Shown: piece after piece, positions 9,924-19,405 of the stretch
Numbering within the stretch: the stretch's first letter is position 1
Layout: the number at the start of each line of letters is the position of its first letter
DNA from: Faecousia sp.
GTDB lineage: Bacteria > Bacillota > Clostridia > Oscillospirales > Oscillospiraceae
Direction: 5' to 3'
Length of the DNA: 64,000 nucleotides
Assembly: GCA_045654265.1 (NCBI GenBank)
Contig: JAZONA010000033.1
Location: 3,125 to 67,124, forward strand
Notes under the pieces: generated by a model
Seen by the model: the letters and a program-made list of their open reading frames with translations, nothing else
Told to the model about the DNA's origin: nothing
Databases searched by the model: none
Position numbers and translations under genes: made by a program

Positions 9924-10985
9924 TTAATTCCTCCCGGAAAGAATCAAATCATAAATAGCAATCGCGGCTGCTGCTTCTACCACCGGCACTGCCCGGGGGA
10001 CGATACAAGGGTCGTGCCGGCCTTTGATTTGTAAGGTTGTAATTTCCTTGGTCAGTAGATTTACGGTTTGCTGCGGCTTTGCAATAGAGGGGGTAGGCTT
10101 GAAGCCTACAGTGAAGATTAATGGCATACCATTGGTGATGCCACCTAAAATTCCGCCGGCGTGGTTAGTTGTGGTGCGAATTTTGCCGTTTTCTACGGTA
10201 AAAGGATCGTTATTTTGACTTCCGTAAGGAAGAATTTCACCGAATGCCAGGGATTTAACTGCAGGAATTCCATAAAGAATTTGCGCAAGGTGACCTTCGA
10301 TACCTTCAAACAGTGGCCCGCCCAGACCTGCAGGAACACCGATTACGGCGCACTCCACAGTGCCACCAACGCTGTCGCCCTCTTTATGAGCTTCGGAAAT
10401 GATCCACTTCATGGCCTCTCCCACGTCTTGATTTAATACGGGAAAATCTTCCAAGACAGAGGTGAGTTCAGGATTGACAGCATTAAAAGAATCGTCACGA
10501 GCTTGGGCGATAGATGCAATATGTGCGGCGATATGTATGCCCATAGATGCCAGCCATTGCTTGCAAAGTCCGCCGGCAACGCACAAAGGCGCAGTGAGTC
10601 GTCCGGAGAATCGACCACCGCCTGCCACGTCCTGATGACCGCTGTATTTGATCTGTGCGGCAAAATCCGCGTGACCGGGACGGGGGCAGACCTTGAGATT
10701 TTCGTAGTCGCCGGATCGGGTGTTGGTGTTTTGGATGAGGGCGGAAATGGGCGCACCGGTTGTGAGGCCATTCAAAAGACCGGACTGGAATTCCGGGATG
10801 TCAGCTTCCTTTCTGGGGGTAGACCAGGCGTTCTGTCCAGGTGCACGACGGCGCATAAATGCTTGCAGGGCCTTCTGATCCACGGGCAATCCGGCAGGAA
10901 TCCCTTCTAGGGTCATTCCGACAGCGGGGCCGTGGGATTCTCCGAAAATGGATAAATGTAAAGTTTCACCAAATGAATTACGCAT
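9924..10985 (-). CDS. aroC: Chorismate synthase
   Basis: FGESHG, PRPGHAD, GGGRFSGR, GGILGGI, KPTPSI, GRHDPCI. Confidence 0.96.
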   Translation of the reverse strand: MRNSFGETLHLSIFGESHGPAVGMTLEGIPAGLPVDQKALQAFMRRRAPGQNAWSTPRKEADIPEFQSGLLNGLTTGAPISALIQNTNTRSGDYENLKVCPRPGHADFAAQIKYSGHQDVAGGGRFSGRLTAPLCVAGGLCKQWLASMGIHIAAHIASIAQARDDSFNAVNPELTSVLEDFPVLNQDVGEAMKWIISEAHKEGDSVGGTVECAVIGVPAGLGGPLFEGIEGHLAQILYGIPAVKSLAFGEILPYGSQNNDPFTVENGKIRTTTNHAGGILGGITNGMPLIFTVGFKPTPSIAKPQQTVNLLTKEITTLQIKGRHDPCIVPRAVPVVEAAAAIAIYDLILSGRN

Positions 10986-12165
10986 AATTACCTCCTAAAT
11001 GGCGGTATTCTTCCCAAAAACCGGGATAGGATTTGTTTACACATTCTGCACCCAGTATGGTTACCGGGCCGGATGCGATGGTAGCGGCTATGGCCGCAGA
11101 CATGGCGATACGGTGGTCGTTGGCGGCGTTGATGACGCAGCTGTGGAAAGGAGCGGGAAATACGGTCAGGGTGTCCTCGGTTGCATGGGTTGCTGCACCC
11201 AATGCATTTAGCATTGCGCAAACAGTTGCCACCCGATCCGTTTCCTTTAGACGCAGACGCTGGATATTTTTAAATACAGCACCCTGAGATGCGGCGGCAA
11301 CCACCGCCATAATGGGCACCAAGTCAGGTATATCCGATGCATCAATGGTGCAATTTTCATGGCGCAAGCGAGGCAGTAGCTGCGCTGCTGCCCGATCACC
11401 TTGTGCAGAATTGGAATCCAAACTGTCTACGGTAAGCGGACTTCCCAGTACTTGTGCGGCTAACCAAAATGCGCCGTTGCTCCAATCGCCCTCAACGTGT
11501 ACTTGTCCGGGAGAGTGGAAATTCTGAGAGCCTTTTATAGTGAAATTTTCTGTATCTACGTCAAAAATAGACAGGGCCTGCTGCGTCATAGTCACATAGG
11601 GCTGGGATTCCAGCTTGCCGGTGATGGTTATGCTGCTGTCGCCTTCCATCTGTGTAGCCGCAAACAGCAGACCGGTGATGAATTGGCTGGATACACCGCC
11701 GTCAATGATATATTCGCCAGATCTTAGCTGCCCGGTGCAATGCAATGTGCTTGCGGAAGGGCGATTTAATTGGCAACCTATGCGCTCCATTTCTTCCCAA
11801 AGAGGGGATAACGGTCGTTCCGGGAGTCTGCCTTCCATGAGAAAGGTGGCATCCACACCCAAAGCACCTATGATGGGAAGCATAAACCGAAGGGTTGAGC
11901 CGCTTTCACAGCAATTTAGAACAGCAGTTTTTGGTAGAACGGATATTGGTGTAATGCGATACCCCGATTCGGTTCGGATGATAACAGAACCCAGAGAACG
12001 CAGGCAGTCTGCGGTGGCTTCGATGTCCTGATTGGATTCAGGGCAAATCAGCTCGGTGGGGGCATCTGCAAATGCGGCGCAGATTAATAGACGGTGCGCC
12101 TGGGATTTTGAGGGGATGGCACTGACATGTCCGGTTAATTTACCGGGGGTAATGGTAATTTCCAT
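10978..12165 (-). CDS. aroA: EPSP synthase
   Basis: PSKSQAHR, ESGSTLRF, SSQFITGL, LRLKETDR, DHRIAM, KSYPGF. Confidence 0.95.
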   Translation of the reverse strand: MEITITPGKLTGHVSAIPSKSQAHRLLICAAFADAPTELICPESNQDIEATADCLRSLGSVIIRTESGYRITPISVLPKTAVLNCCESGSTLRFMLPIIGALGVDATFLMEGRLPERPLSPLWEEMERIGCQLNRPSASTLHCTGQLRSGEYIIDGGVSSQFITGLLFAATQMEGDSSITITGKLESQPYVTMTQQALSIFDVDTENFTIKGSQNFHSPGQVHVEGDWSNGAFWLAAQVLGSPLTVDSLDSNSAQGDRAAAQLLPRLRHENCTIDASDIPDLVPIMAVVAAASQGAVFKNIQRLRLKETDRVATVCAMLNALGAATHATEDTLTVFPAPFHSCVINAANDHRIAMSAAIAATIASGPVTILGAECVNKSYPGFWEEYRHLGGNYA

Positions 12166-12166
12166 A

Positions 12167-13201
12167 TCATAGACCAGCTTCTATAAAGGATTTTAGCTCC
12201 TCCACCGGCAAAGCCTGCAAACAGCAATCGCCTATCCGGGTGGGGATGATTAGGTTCATGGTATCGCCAAAGCGTTTTTTATCGGACAGCGCCACATCAC
12301 AAAGGGATTCTGCGGTGAATTCTGTGGTCGTGGGCAAGCCAAACTTGCGGATAGTGGTGATTATTTTCTCAGCGCAGGCGCATCCTGCTGCTTTAGCGAC
12401 AATGGACATACCGATAGCCACTGCTTCGCCGTGGGAGATGGTGAAGTTGCTTTGCGCTTCCACTGCATGACCGATTGTGTGCCCCAGATTCAATTTCATC
12501 CGGGCACCGGTGTCGAATTCATCCTCCTGAACCACATTTCGCTTCAGTTCCACGCACCGGGTGATGACCGCTTCCCGGTCAAAGCACAGTCCCATTTGGG
12601 TAAGATGATCGAATAATTGGGAATCGTAAAGCACACCGTACTTGATCACCTCAGCACAGCCTGCGCGAAATACATCATCGGGAAGGGTACTCAGGGTATC
12701 AATGTCACATAGAACAAGACTGGGCTGCCAGAAGGCACCGCAGAGGTTTTTACCGGCATCCAAATCAATGGCAGTTTTGCCGCCAACGGAGGAATCTACA
12801 GCTGCCAGTAGGGTAGTGGGAACCTGCATATAGGAGATACCCCGCAGGTAGGTTGCGGCGGCAAAGCCGGTCAGATCACCCACAACACCACCGCCAAGGG
12901 CGATCAGACAATCGGAGCGGGTCAACTTGTTTTCTGCCAAAAAGTTCAGCAATTGCAGATAAGTTACGCCGTTTTTGCTGGCTTCACCGGCAGGGAATAC
13001 GAATTCAACAACTTCCAAGCCAACGGAGCGCAGGCTGTCGCAGGCTGTTTGTCCATAGAGAGGGAATACGTTGGAATCGCTGACGATAGCGACTTTGGAA
13101 GCATCACACACAGATTTTACCTGCTGTCCCAGCGTGGGGAGCAAGCCGCTTCCAATATGGATTTGGTAGTTTTTTGATGTGGAAACTTCAATGGTTTTCA
13201 T
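12167..13201 (-). CDS. aroB: 3-dehydroquinate synthase
   Basis: ALGGGVVGDL, PTTLLAAVDSSVGGKT, LNLGHTIGHA, HGEAVAIG. Confidence 0.96.
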   Translation of the reverse strand: MKTIEVSTSKNYQIHIGSGLLPTLGQQVKSVCDASKVAIVSDSNVFPLYGQTACDSLRSVGLEVVEFVFPAGEASKNGVTYLQLLNFLAENKLTRSDCLIALGGGVVGDLTGFAAATYLRGISYMQVPTTLLAAVDSSVGGKTAIDLDAGKNLCGAFWQPSLVLCDIDTLSTLPDDVFRAGCAEVIKYGVLYDSQLFDHLTQMGLCFDREAVITRCVELKRNVVQEDEFDTGARMKLNLGHTIGHAVEAQSNFTISHGEAVAIGMSIVAKAAGCACAEKIITTIRKFGLPTTTEFTAESLCDVALSDKKRFGDTMNLIIPTRIGDCCLQALPVEELKSFIEAGL

Positions 13202-14028
13202 CCGTCTACCTCTTCTTTGCGCCGTTTGCCATCTTCTAAAAGAGCGGTCAAACGGGATAAATCGTTGCCGGCGATGGCTTGGCGGTATTCATTCAGGCTG
13301 GCAATCAGCGTATCCAGCTCGGCCAGGGTATTGTCTTTGTTTTCCAGAAACAGCTCAGCCCACATAGGCGCATTCAGCCATGCCACCCGGGTCAGATCCT
13401 TGTAACTGCCGGCGGAGAATCCCTTGTGGGATAGGGCTGTGGGGGATTTGATAAATGCGTTGCTGATGATGTGGGGCATCTGGGAAGTAAAAGCGATCAT
13501 CCGGTCGTGCTCTTGGGCTGTGGTTACGGAAAAAGCACCAAAACGGCAAGGGACCAGTGCGTTTTTTGCCCGGTCAAGCAGGTCGGGATCGTCAAATCTG
13601 GGAGGAACAAGCACCATAGGCGCACCTTCAAACAGATTGGCCCGACTGTACTTGAAGCCGGAAAAATGGGTGCCTGCCATGGGGTGGCCGCCGATGAAGG
13701 TAAAACCGTATTTTTCTGCAAGAGGGAAGGCCTGCTGGCAGATTTCCTGCTTTACGCCACAGCAGTCCATAACAAGGGCAGTGGGGGCGATATAGGGGGC
13801 GTTTTCTTCCAGCCAATTGGCGCAGCCTTCCGGATAAATAGCAAGAAGGATCAGGTCACATTCACGGGTGTTTTCTGCGTTTAGGGGAGCATCTACGGCT
13901 CCTGCCAGCATGGCAAAGGCCAGCATAGCTTCGTCTTTATCATGGCACAGAACTCGATGCCCCTCCATGGCGTAGGCTCGGGCGAGGGAACCGCCGATGA
14001 GACCAAGACCCAAGATACCAACGGTCAT
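13198..14028 (-). CDS. tyrA: Prephenate dehydrogenase
   Basis: GLGLIGGS, GGHPMAG, HD...A.TSQMPH, DLTRVA. Confidence 0.93.
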   Translation of the reverse strand: MTVGILGLGLIGGSLARAYAMEGHRVLCHDKDEAMLAFAMLAGAVDAPLNAENTRECDLILLAIYPEGCANWLEENAPYIAPTALVMDCCGVKQEICQQAFPLAEKYGFTFIGGHPMAGTHFSGFKYSRANLFEGAPMVLVPPRFDDPDLLDRAKNALVPCRFGAFSVTTAQEHDRMIAFTSQMPHIISNAFIKSPTALSHKGFSAGSYKDLTRVAWLNAPMWAELFLENKDNTLAELDTLIASLNEYRQAIAGNDLSRLTALLEDGKRRKEEVDG

Positions 14029-15026
14029 AAGATCGCCTCCCGGATCTTGCCGATGCGTCCGGTAAGCTCCAGGAATTGTGCCGGAGTCAGGGACTGGGCG
14101 CCATCACAAAGGGCGTGGGCAGGATCGTTGTGAACCTCGATGATCAGTCCGTCAGTACCGGCAGCTGTGGCAGCGATTGCCATGGGAGGAACCAGTTTTG
14201 CTTTGCCGGTGGCATGACTGGGATCCACGATCACCGGCAGGTGGCTCAGCTCATGCAGCACAGAAACGGCGGACAGATCCAATGTGTTGCGAGTGTAGGT
14301 TTCAAAGGTGCGGATGCCCCGCTCGCAGAGCATCACATTCTCATTACCCTCGCTCATAATATACTCTGCGCTCATCAAAAGCTCCTGCAGGGTGTTGGCA
14401 AGACCACGCTTCAGTAGAATCGGCTTCTGGGTCTTGCCCAGCTCTTTCAGTAGATCGAAATTCTGCATATTTCTGGCCCCAACCTGAATGATGTCCACAT
14501 CTGCAAATAGATCCAGGGTGCTGATATTCATAATTTCGGTGACAATGGGCAGACCGGTTTCAGCACGCGCTTTCAGCAGAAGCTCGATGCCTTCGCCCTT
14601 CATGCCCTGGAAGGCGTAAGGAGAGGTGCGGGGCTTGAATGCACCGCCACGGAGAATGTTGGCACCGGCAGCCTTGACAGCTTTGGCCACTTCAATGATC
14701 TGATCCTCAGATTCCACGCTGCAGGGGCCTGCCATCATAGCAAAATTGCCGCCACCGATTTTGACATCGCCGACCTGCACAACAGTGTCGTTAGGATGGA
14801 ATTTCCGGTTTGCCTGCTTGAAGGGTTCGGACACTCGCTTGACGGACTCCACCATTTCCAGACTGCTCAGCAGTTCCATGTCCACTCGGCTGGTATCACC
14901 GATAAGACCCAGAACCGTGACTTCCTGACCTTCGGACATGTGAACATCCAGATTCATCCGTCGAAGCCAGTCGATCAAATGCTGTGTCTGTTCAGGGGTG
15001 GTATCATGCTTGAGAATTGCGATCAT
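14025..15026 (-). CDS. aroF: DAHP synthase, type I-beta with N-terminal regulatory domain
   Basis: AGPCSVES, GGAFKPRTSPY, GARNMQN, CERGIRTF, DPSH; RBS AGGAG 9 nt before the ATG at 15026. Confidence 0.95.
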   Translation of the reverse strand: MIAILKHDTTPEQTQHLIDWLRRMNLDVHMSEGQEVTVLGLIGDTSRVDMELLSSLEMVESVKRVSEPFKQANRKFHPNDTVVQVGDVKIGGGNFAMMAGPCSVESEDQIIEVAKAVKAAGANILRGGAFKPRTSPYAFQGMKGEGIELLLKARAETGLPIVTEIMNISTLDLFADVDIIQVGARNMQNFDLLKELGKTQKPILLKRGLANTLQELLMSAEYIMSEGNENVMLCERGIRTFETYTRNTLDLSAVSVLHELSHLPVIVDPSHATGKAKLVPPMAIAATAAGTDGLIIEVHNDPAHALCDGAQSLTPAQFLELTGRIGKIREAIL

Positions 15027-15040
15027 AAGAAACATCTCCT

Positions 15041-15080
15041 AATAAAAATAGCGCCGCACGATGGATTCGTGCGGCGCTTT
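15041..15080 (-). terminator. Attenuator terminator of the aro operon leader
   Basis: On the minus strand AGCGCCGCACGA-ATCCA-TCGTGCGGCGCT followed by ATTTTTATT, directly before the aroF RBS. Confidence 0.85.
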
Positions 15081-15131
15081 GGAAGTACAAATCAAAGCAA
15101 CTGATAAAAATCTTTGCAGCACAAATCGCTA

Positions 15132-15197
15132 TTACCTTTTGTGGTTAAAAAAGTAATAGTAGTTATAAAACTTAGCGGCAAAGGTGATGTTGGTCAT
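15132..15197 (-). CDS. Phe/Tyr-rich leader peptide, MTNITFAAKFYNYYYFFNHKR (21 aa)
   Basis: Read by hand from the minus strand. RBS GGAGG 10 nt upstream; 4 Phe and 4 Tyr codons, 7 of them in FYNYYYFF; lies between the promoter and terminator of the aro operon. Confidence 0.85.
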   Translation of the reverse strand: MTNITFAAKFYNYYYFFNHKR

Positions 15198-15230
15198 GAA
15201 TGATGAGCCTCCAAATCAGTTACTGAGCGC

Positions 15231-15259
15231 ATTATACCACCACTGGTGGAGAAATGCAA
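15231..15259 (-). promoter_or_regulatory. SigA promoter of the aro leader
   Basis: TTGCAT-N17-TATAAT with extended -10 TG. Confidence 0.8.
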
Positions 15260-15275
15260 GCCCCCAAAAGACATT

Positions 15276-16049
15276 TTACAAAATTTTCTCCAATTCGTCG
15301 ATGATGCGCTCCAAATTGGCAGCGGTAACTGCAGGATCGCCGTAAAGCTGGGAGAACAGCAGGTTGAGATTTTCTTCAAAATCCGCCGGCAAAATCGGGC
15401 AGCTTTCCAGACACAGAGAAATCAGTCGCTTTTCACCGGGATGGGTTTTGCGGTTAAGAGCGAAAAGAATGTCGAAGTAGGATTCCATAAAAGCAGCGGT
15501 GCGATGGCTGATGCTGACTATATCTCCACGGTTGGCGGCTTTCTCGATTTGCAGCCGGTAGGCAGGCATGGCGGTGTGGAGAAGCCGGCGGTTTTGCTTG
15601 ATGATGTTGGATCGCAATGGATCAGGGTAGGGAACGGAAAAGCGTTCCTTTGCAGCGGTGAGCCGACCGGTCTTGTCGCAAATAATTTTGCAGGTGAGCA
15701 GATTGTGCCACATGCAGGTGGTATAGCCGTTGCAGGGGTGAAAATCTTCCACGACCCGGGCAACACCTGCACAAAAATCATCCAAGTCCCGGTAAAGAAT
15801 GTCAATGTCGATGCCGTTATTGAGTACGCAGTTGTCCTCATACTCCCAGAAATGGTTACCGATTTCCATATAGGAGCAATATTTGGAAAGGATTCCTTGG
15901 CGAATTTCTTCAGGTACCGGGTCGGTACAGTAGAGATAAACGTCGTAATCGGATTTTTCGTCATAATGATCGGTGCTGCGGGAGCCGCCCAGAGCTATTG
16001 CCTCGATTTGAGGTAAGGCAGATAGCTCTTCGTATAGCCGGTTAATCAT
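15276..16049 (-). CDS. Nucleotidyltransferase-fold protein (DUF4037-like)
   Basis: ALGGSRS...DEKSDYDVY NTase motif and HPGEKRL; RBS AGGAGG before the ATG at 16049; own TTGCCT-N17-TACTAT promoter. Confidence 0.8.
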   Translation of the reverse strand: MINRLYEELSALPQIEAIALGGSRSTDHYDEKSDYDVYLYCTDPVPEEIRQGILSKYCSYMEIGNHFWEYEDNCVLNNGIDIDILYRDLDDFCAGVARVVEDFHPCNGYTTCMWHNLLTCKIICDKTGRLTAAKERFSVPYPDPLRSNIIKQNRRLLHTAMPAYRLQIEKAANRGDIVSISHRTAAFMESYFDILFALNRKTHPGEKRLISLCLESCPILPADFEENLNLLFSQLYGDPAVTAANLERIIDELEKIL

Positions 16050-16098
16050 AAAATCGCCTCCTGAAATGATAGTAGCACGGCGGTGATAAAAAGGCAAG

Positions 16099-16128
16099 AA
16101 AAAAGGAAGCCGTCATTCGACGGCTTCC
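16099..16128 (-). terminator. Intrinsic terminator of the kinase gene
   Basis: GGAAGCCGTC-GAAT-GACGGCTTCC plus T run, overlapping the stop codon. Confidence 0.75.
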
Positions 16129-19088
16129 GGGGGTGTAGCAGATTCAATGGTAAATTCCTGGGTGCCTGCCAGCATGTCGTTGAAATAAATATCCATAACG
16201 TATGCGCCGGACAAAACAGGCATATTGGGCACATTCAGTTCACCATAAGCCCGATTCCACATGTCGCTCCATCGGGTTGTTTGGCTGCTCTTGCTTACGG
16301 GAATGTCGTTGGCGTCCCAGATGACAATGTTGATAACGATCTCATCCTCAGAGTATTCCCGACCATCATGCAACTGCATCAGGAAAGACGCCTTTTCGCC
16401 CACCTTGAAGGTGGTACGGTAAGAATCATCATCAAGATCCCACATATCCCAATCCTCTTCGTCAGGAGTCAAGAGCATGGAAAACTCGATCTCATTGGAA
16501 TTGATCCGATATGCGTCGAAGGGTTCCGCCTCGTCCGTGTCCAGAGTTGCGTTGGTAGAATAGTAGGTAACATCATCCTGAGGACGAACCTCAATGGCAT
16601 AATGGCAGCCGTGATAATATTCCAGTGTTGCATTGGCTTCGGTGCAAGTGATAATCTGAGGGGAGCTGCCATTGACCGTGTAGCTCAAGACCCAACCTTC
16701 TTGTGGGGGATTACCCTCAAAATCCCAAGTTACCACGATACCGCTGGTTTTGATGTCGGTCTGAATCTGTGTGATGGTGATAGGATTGGCTGTGACGGAA
16801 GCGGTGGCCAGTTGATTCATGCCAGCGGCCATGACAGTAACGGTGTAGCCTGTTGCATGATCCAGATTTTCAAAGGTAGCTTCCAGATCTTTGGTGACAA
16901 TGGTTTCGTCGTAACCGGCATCGTTGAAGCAACGAACCGTCCAACTTTCCGTAAGGGTACCTTCGGGCAGCGCCCAAACTGCATGCAACTTTCCGTTGCC
17001 GCAGGCGTCAATCTTCAAATCCTCCGCAATGACCAACTGCTGTGCAATATAATCCAACTCGGTGGTACCCGTGATGAACAGTTCTTCCTCTGTGGTGAGG
17101 GTGAAGTGGTATTTTACACCAATCTTCAGGCCGGTAATGGTAACGCTGTTGCCAGAGAAATCCTGGGACTCCGTAGTCTTGCCATCGGTATATGTAACTG
17201 TCCAGGTATCTGAAGTGGGACCGGTGGTATTAAAGTTCAACACCACAGAACCATCCTCAGGTCCCATTACACCGTAGAAACCAAGGATCTTTGTTTCCAT
17301 ACCGGTGACGAAAGTACCGGTAGTACTACCGGTGAGCTTATGGAATCCGGAGATTTCCATAGTGATTTTGTACTGGGTACTGGGATTTAAACCGGAGAAA
17401 ACAGCCTTACCGCCGATGACGGCAGTTTTGCGCGTATTACCATAGGTGTCCGTGCAGATAACAGTCAACAACATTTCATCTGCCTCGGATACGACGGATA
17501 CCGTAAGTTCATCCACAGTACCGGTGATTTGCAGGGTGTCGATAGACTGCAGATAAATGTGCTTATAATAGTAGTATCCAGCGGCAGCGGCACCAGCCAG
17601 CAGCGCCAAAATGATCAGAATGATGATCAAGGGCTTGGCGTTAAAGCGCGACTCCGGTTTTGGAGAATACCGCTGATCAGAGGGGATTCCCGCTACGGAC
17701 AAATCTTCATCTTCGGATTCTTCCTGGGAGGGCTGGCTGGGGATTTCTTCGGAACCTTCCTCAGTGGATTCTTCTGTGGGTTCCTGCGTATCTTCGGATT
17801 TTGTTTCCACTTCGGCTTCGGCTTCCTCCCCAACTTCTGCAACGATGGGAGCAGGGAAAGGAATGTCGATGGGTTCCGGAGCTACGGGCGGCTCAGGAAG
17901 TTCATGAGCTACCAATTCATCAACCTGAGCAAGCATTTCTGCAACTTCTTCAGTGACGGGTGCTTCCTCCAGATCGGCTACATTTTCCTCTGTGGGAACG
18001 GTTTCGTCCTCGGCGTCTAAGAAGGAAAGATCTTCCTCGGGGGGGACTACCACCGGGGCAGACTCTTCAGGCGGTGTTTCTTCCTCCAACTCTTCCAGAA
18101 GTGCGGCCATGGCGGCCTCGTTTTCATCTTCGGAGAGGAATTCCTCCACCGCATCTTCTTCCGGCTCCGGGATTTCCACCGGGGGCGGCACGATGGGAAC
18201 GTCATTCACATCATTGCGCTGCATATAGTTAACCAGCGCCTGCCCCATCTGTGCAGGATCCTGCCAACGTTCGGCGGGATCCAGCGCGCAGGCTTTCAAA
18301 ATGACTTCCGCCATCTCATAATCGGCATACATGGGCGGCGCGAAAGGCTGCGTGGGAACCTCACCATCAAAGGGGAGCTGTCCATTGTTGTAAATCTGGT
18401 ACAGCACCAGACCCAAGGCGTAAATATCCATGGTGTCGCTGAGAGGCGCAAAGGCATCGGATACTTCTGGGGCTGTATAACGGCTGCGGTACTTATCCGG
18501 CAAGGAGGCATACTTTAGAGAGCCCATAGGCAGAAAGCCCAGATCACCGATGCAGCTACCTTTGTTTTCGGCAAGGAAGATATTTCCCGGCTTCAGGTCC
18601 AGATATAAGAAGCCTGCACGGCGGCAGGCAGCCAGCGCAGCGCAAAGATCCAAACCCAAATTTACGGCTGCCAAATGGGTCAGCGGCTCAATGGTAAGCT
18701 GGCGCTCCAAACTGCGCTTATAGGGGCTGAGCATGTAGACCTGGTAACCGATACCTTCCTCCATGGGGACAACTTGGTGGGCTGTATAAGGCATAAAGCC
18801 TTCCAGAGTATGCAGCTTAGCCAGTGCGTTTATCTCATCGATAACACCCTGCGCCAATTCTTCAAAGTAAGCCCGAGCTTCCTCTTGGTCACGATAAGCG
18901 CCGGAAAGCAGCAGGGCATCCAACTGAACTTGGGATGCAGGGATGGAGATAACCTTAACAATATATCGTTCGTCAGTATTTTCCCGCATGGCCGGATAGC
19001 AACTCACGCCGTGATGCTCGCTGATGGGCTCGCCGATCAGAAAACCGTCCAGCAGGGGAGATATCAGCTTTGGTTCTGACAATTCCAT
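16113..19088 (-). CDS. Atypical Hanks-type Ser/Thr kinase-like membrane protein with FN3-like ectodomain
   Basis: YLDLKPGNI, IGDLG, YTAPE, DIYALG; Glu/Pro-rich linker; one TM (LIIILIILALLAGAAAAG); repeats ending SGLNPSTQY, TGLKIGVKY, ENLDHATGY. Confidence 0.8.
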   Translation of the reverse strand: MELSEPKLISPLLDGFLIGEPISEHHGVSCYPAMRENTDERYIVKVISIPASQVQLDALLLSGAYRDQEEARAYFEELAQGVIDEINALAKLHTLEGFMPYTAHQVVPMEEGIGYQVYMLSPYKRSLERQLTIEPLTHLAAVNLGLDLCAALAACRRAGFLYLDLKPGNIFLAENKGSCIGDLGFLPMGSLKYASLPDKYRSRYTAPEVSDAFAPLSDTMDIYALGLVLYQIYNNGQLPFDGEVPTQPFAPPMYADYEMAEVILKACALDPAERWQDPAQMGQALVNYMQRNDVNDVPIVPPPVEIPEPEEDAVEEFLSEDENEAAMAALLEELEEETPPEESAPVVVPPEEDLSFLDAEDETVPTEENVADLEEAPVTEEVAEMLAQVDELVAHELPEPPVAPEPIDIPFPAPIVAEVGEEAEAEVETKSEDTQEPTEESTEEGSEEIPSQPSQEESEDEDLSVAGIPSDQRYSPKPESRFNAKPLIIILIILALLAGAAAAGYYYYKHIYLQSIDTLQITGTVDELTVSVVSEADEMLLTVICTDTYGNTRKTAVIGGKAVFSGLNPSTQYKITMEISGFHKLTGSTTGTFVTGMETKILGFYGVMGPEDGSVVLNFNTTGPTSDTWTVTYTDGKTTESQDFSGNSVTITGLKIGVKYHFTLTTEEELFITGTTELDYIAQQLVIAEDLKIDACGNGKLHAVWALPEGTLTESWTVRCFNDAGYDETIVTKDLEATFENLDHATGYTVTVMAAGMNQLATASVTANPITITQIQTDIKTSGIVVTWDFEGNPPQEGWVLSYTVNGSSPQIITCTEANATLEYYHGCHYAIEVRPQDDVTYYSTNATLDTDEAEPFDAYRINSNEIEFSMLLTPDEEDWDMWDLDDDSYRTTFKVGEKASFLMQLHDGREYSEDEIVINIVIWDANDIPVSKSSQTTRWSDMWNRAYGELNVPNMPVLSGAYVMDIYFNDMLAGTQEFTIESATPPEAVE

Positions 19089-19112
19089 CGCCTCCTTATG
19101 TTAACTCCGTAT

Positions 19113-19358
19113 ATCATAAATGAAATCCCCGGAAATTGCAACTGCTTTCTGCTTGATTTTCGGAAAAAAACATGTCGGCGCAAGCAGAAAGCTGGGGCAT
19201 ATGTATGCAACCCAAAGCCATAAGACGAAAGTGGTTTTTTCTTCCTCTGATGTCGATGAGCAGGAGCTGTTACCTACAATTTGTTGCAAAGGTTTACAAT
19301 AATTTTTTGTAAATTCTTATTCTTGGAGGTTGTTTTCTTCGGAAAAGGATGGTATAAT
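19113..19358. promoter_or_regulatory. Divergent SigA-type promoters
   Basis: Minus strand TTGCAA-N17-TATGAT (19141-19113); plus strand TTGTTT-N17-TATAAT with TG (19330-19358). Confidence 0.6.
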
Positions 19359-19405
19359 GTGGTCAAACTCAGGCATGCGACCACATGCCGGAATGGAGGT
19401 TAAGT

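Noticed and set aside
15041-15230. T-box or TRAP site upstream of aroF
   Set aside because: No GGTGGNACCGCG T-box motif and no (G/T)AG repeat series; the leader-peptide model fits.
15194-15379. 61-aa minus-strand ORF upstream of aroF
   Set aside because: Overlaps the NTase gene out of frame and crosses the promoter; the real leader begins at 15197.
15276-16049. Nucleotidyltransferase as a toxin-antitoxin or defence system component
   Set aside because: Single gene with its own promoter and no HEPN, effector or other partner adjacent.
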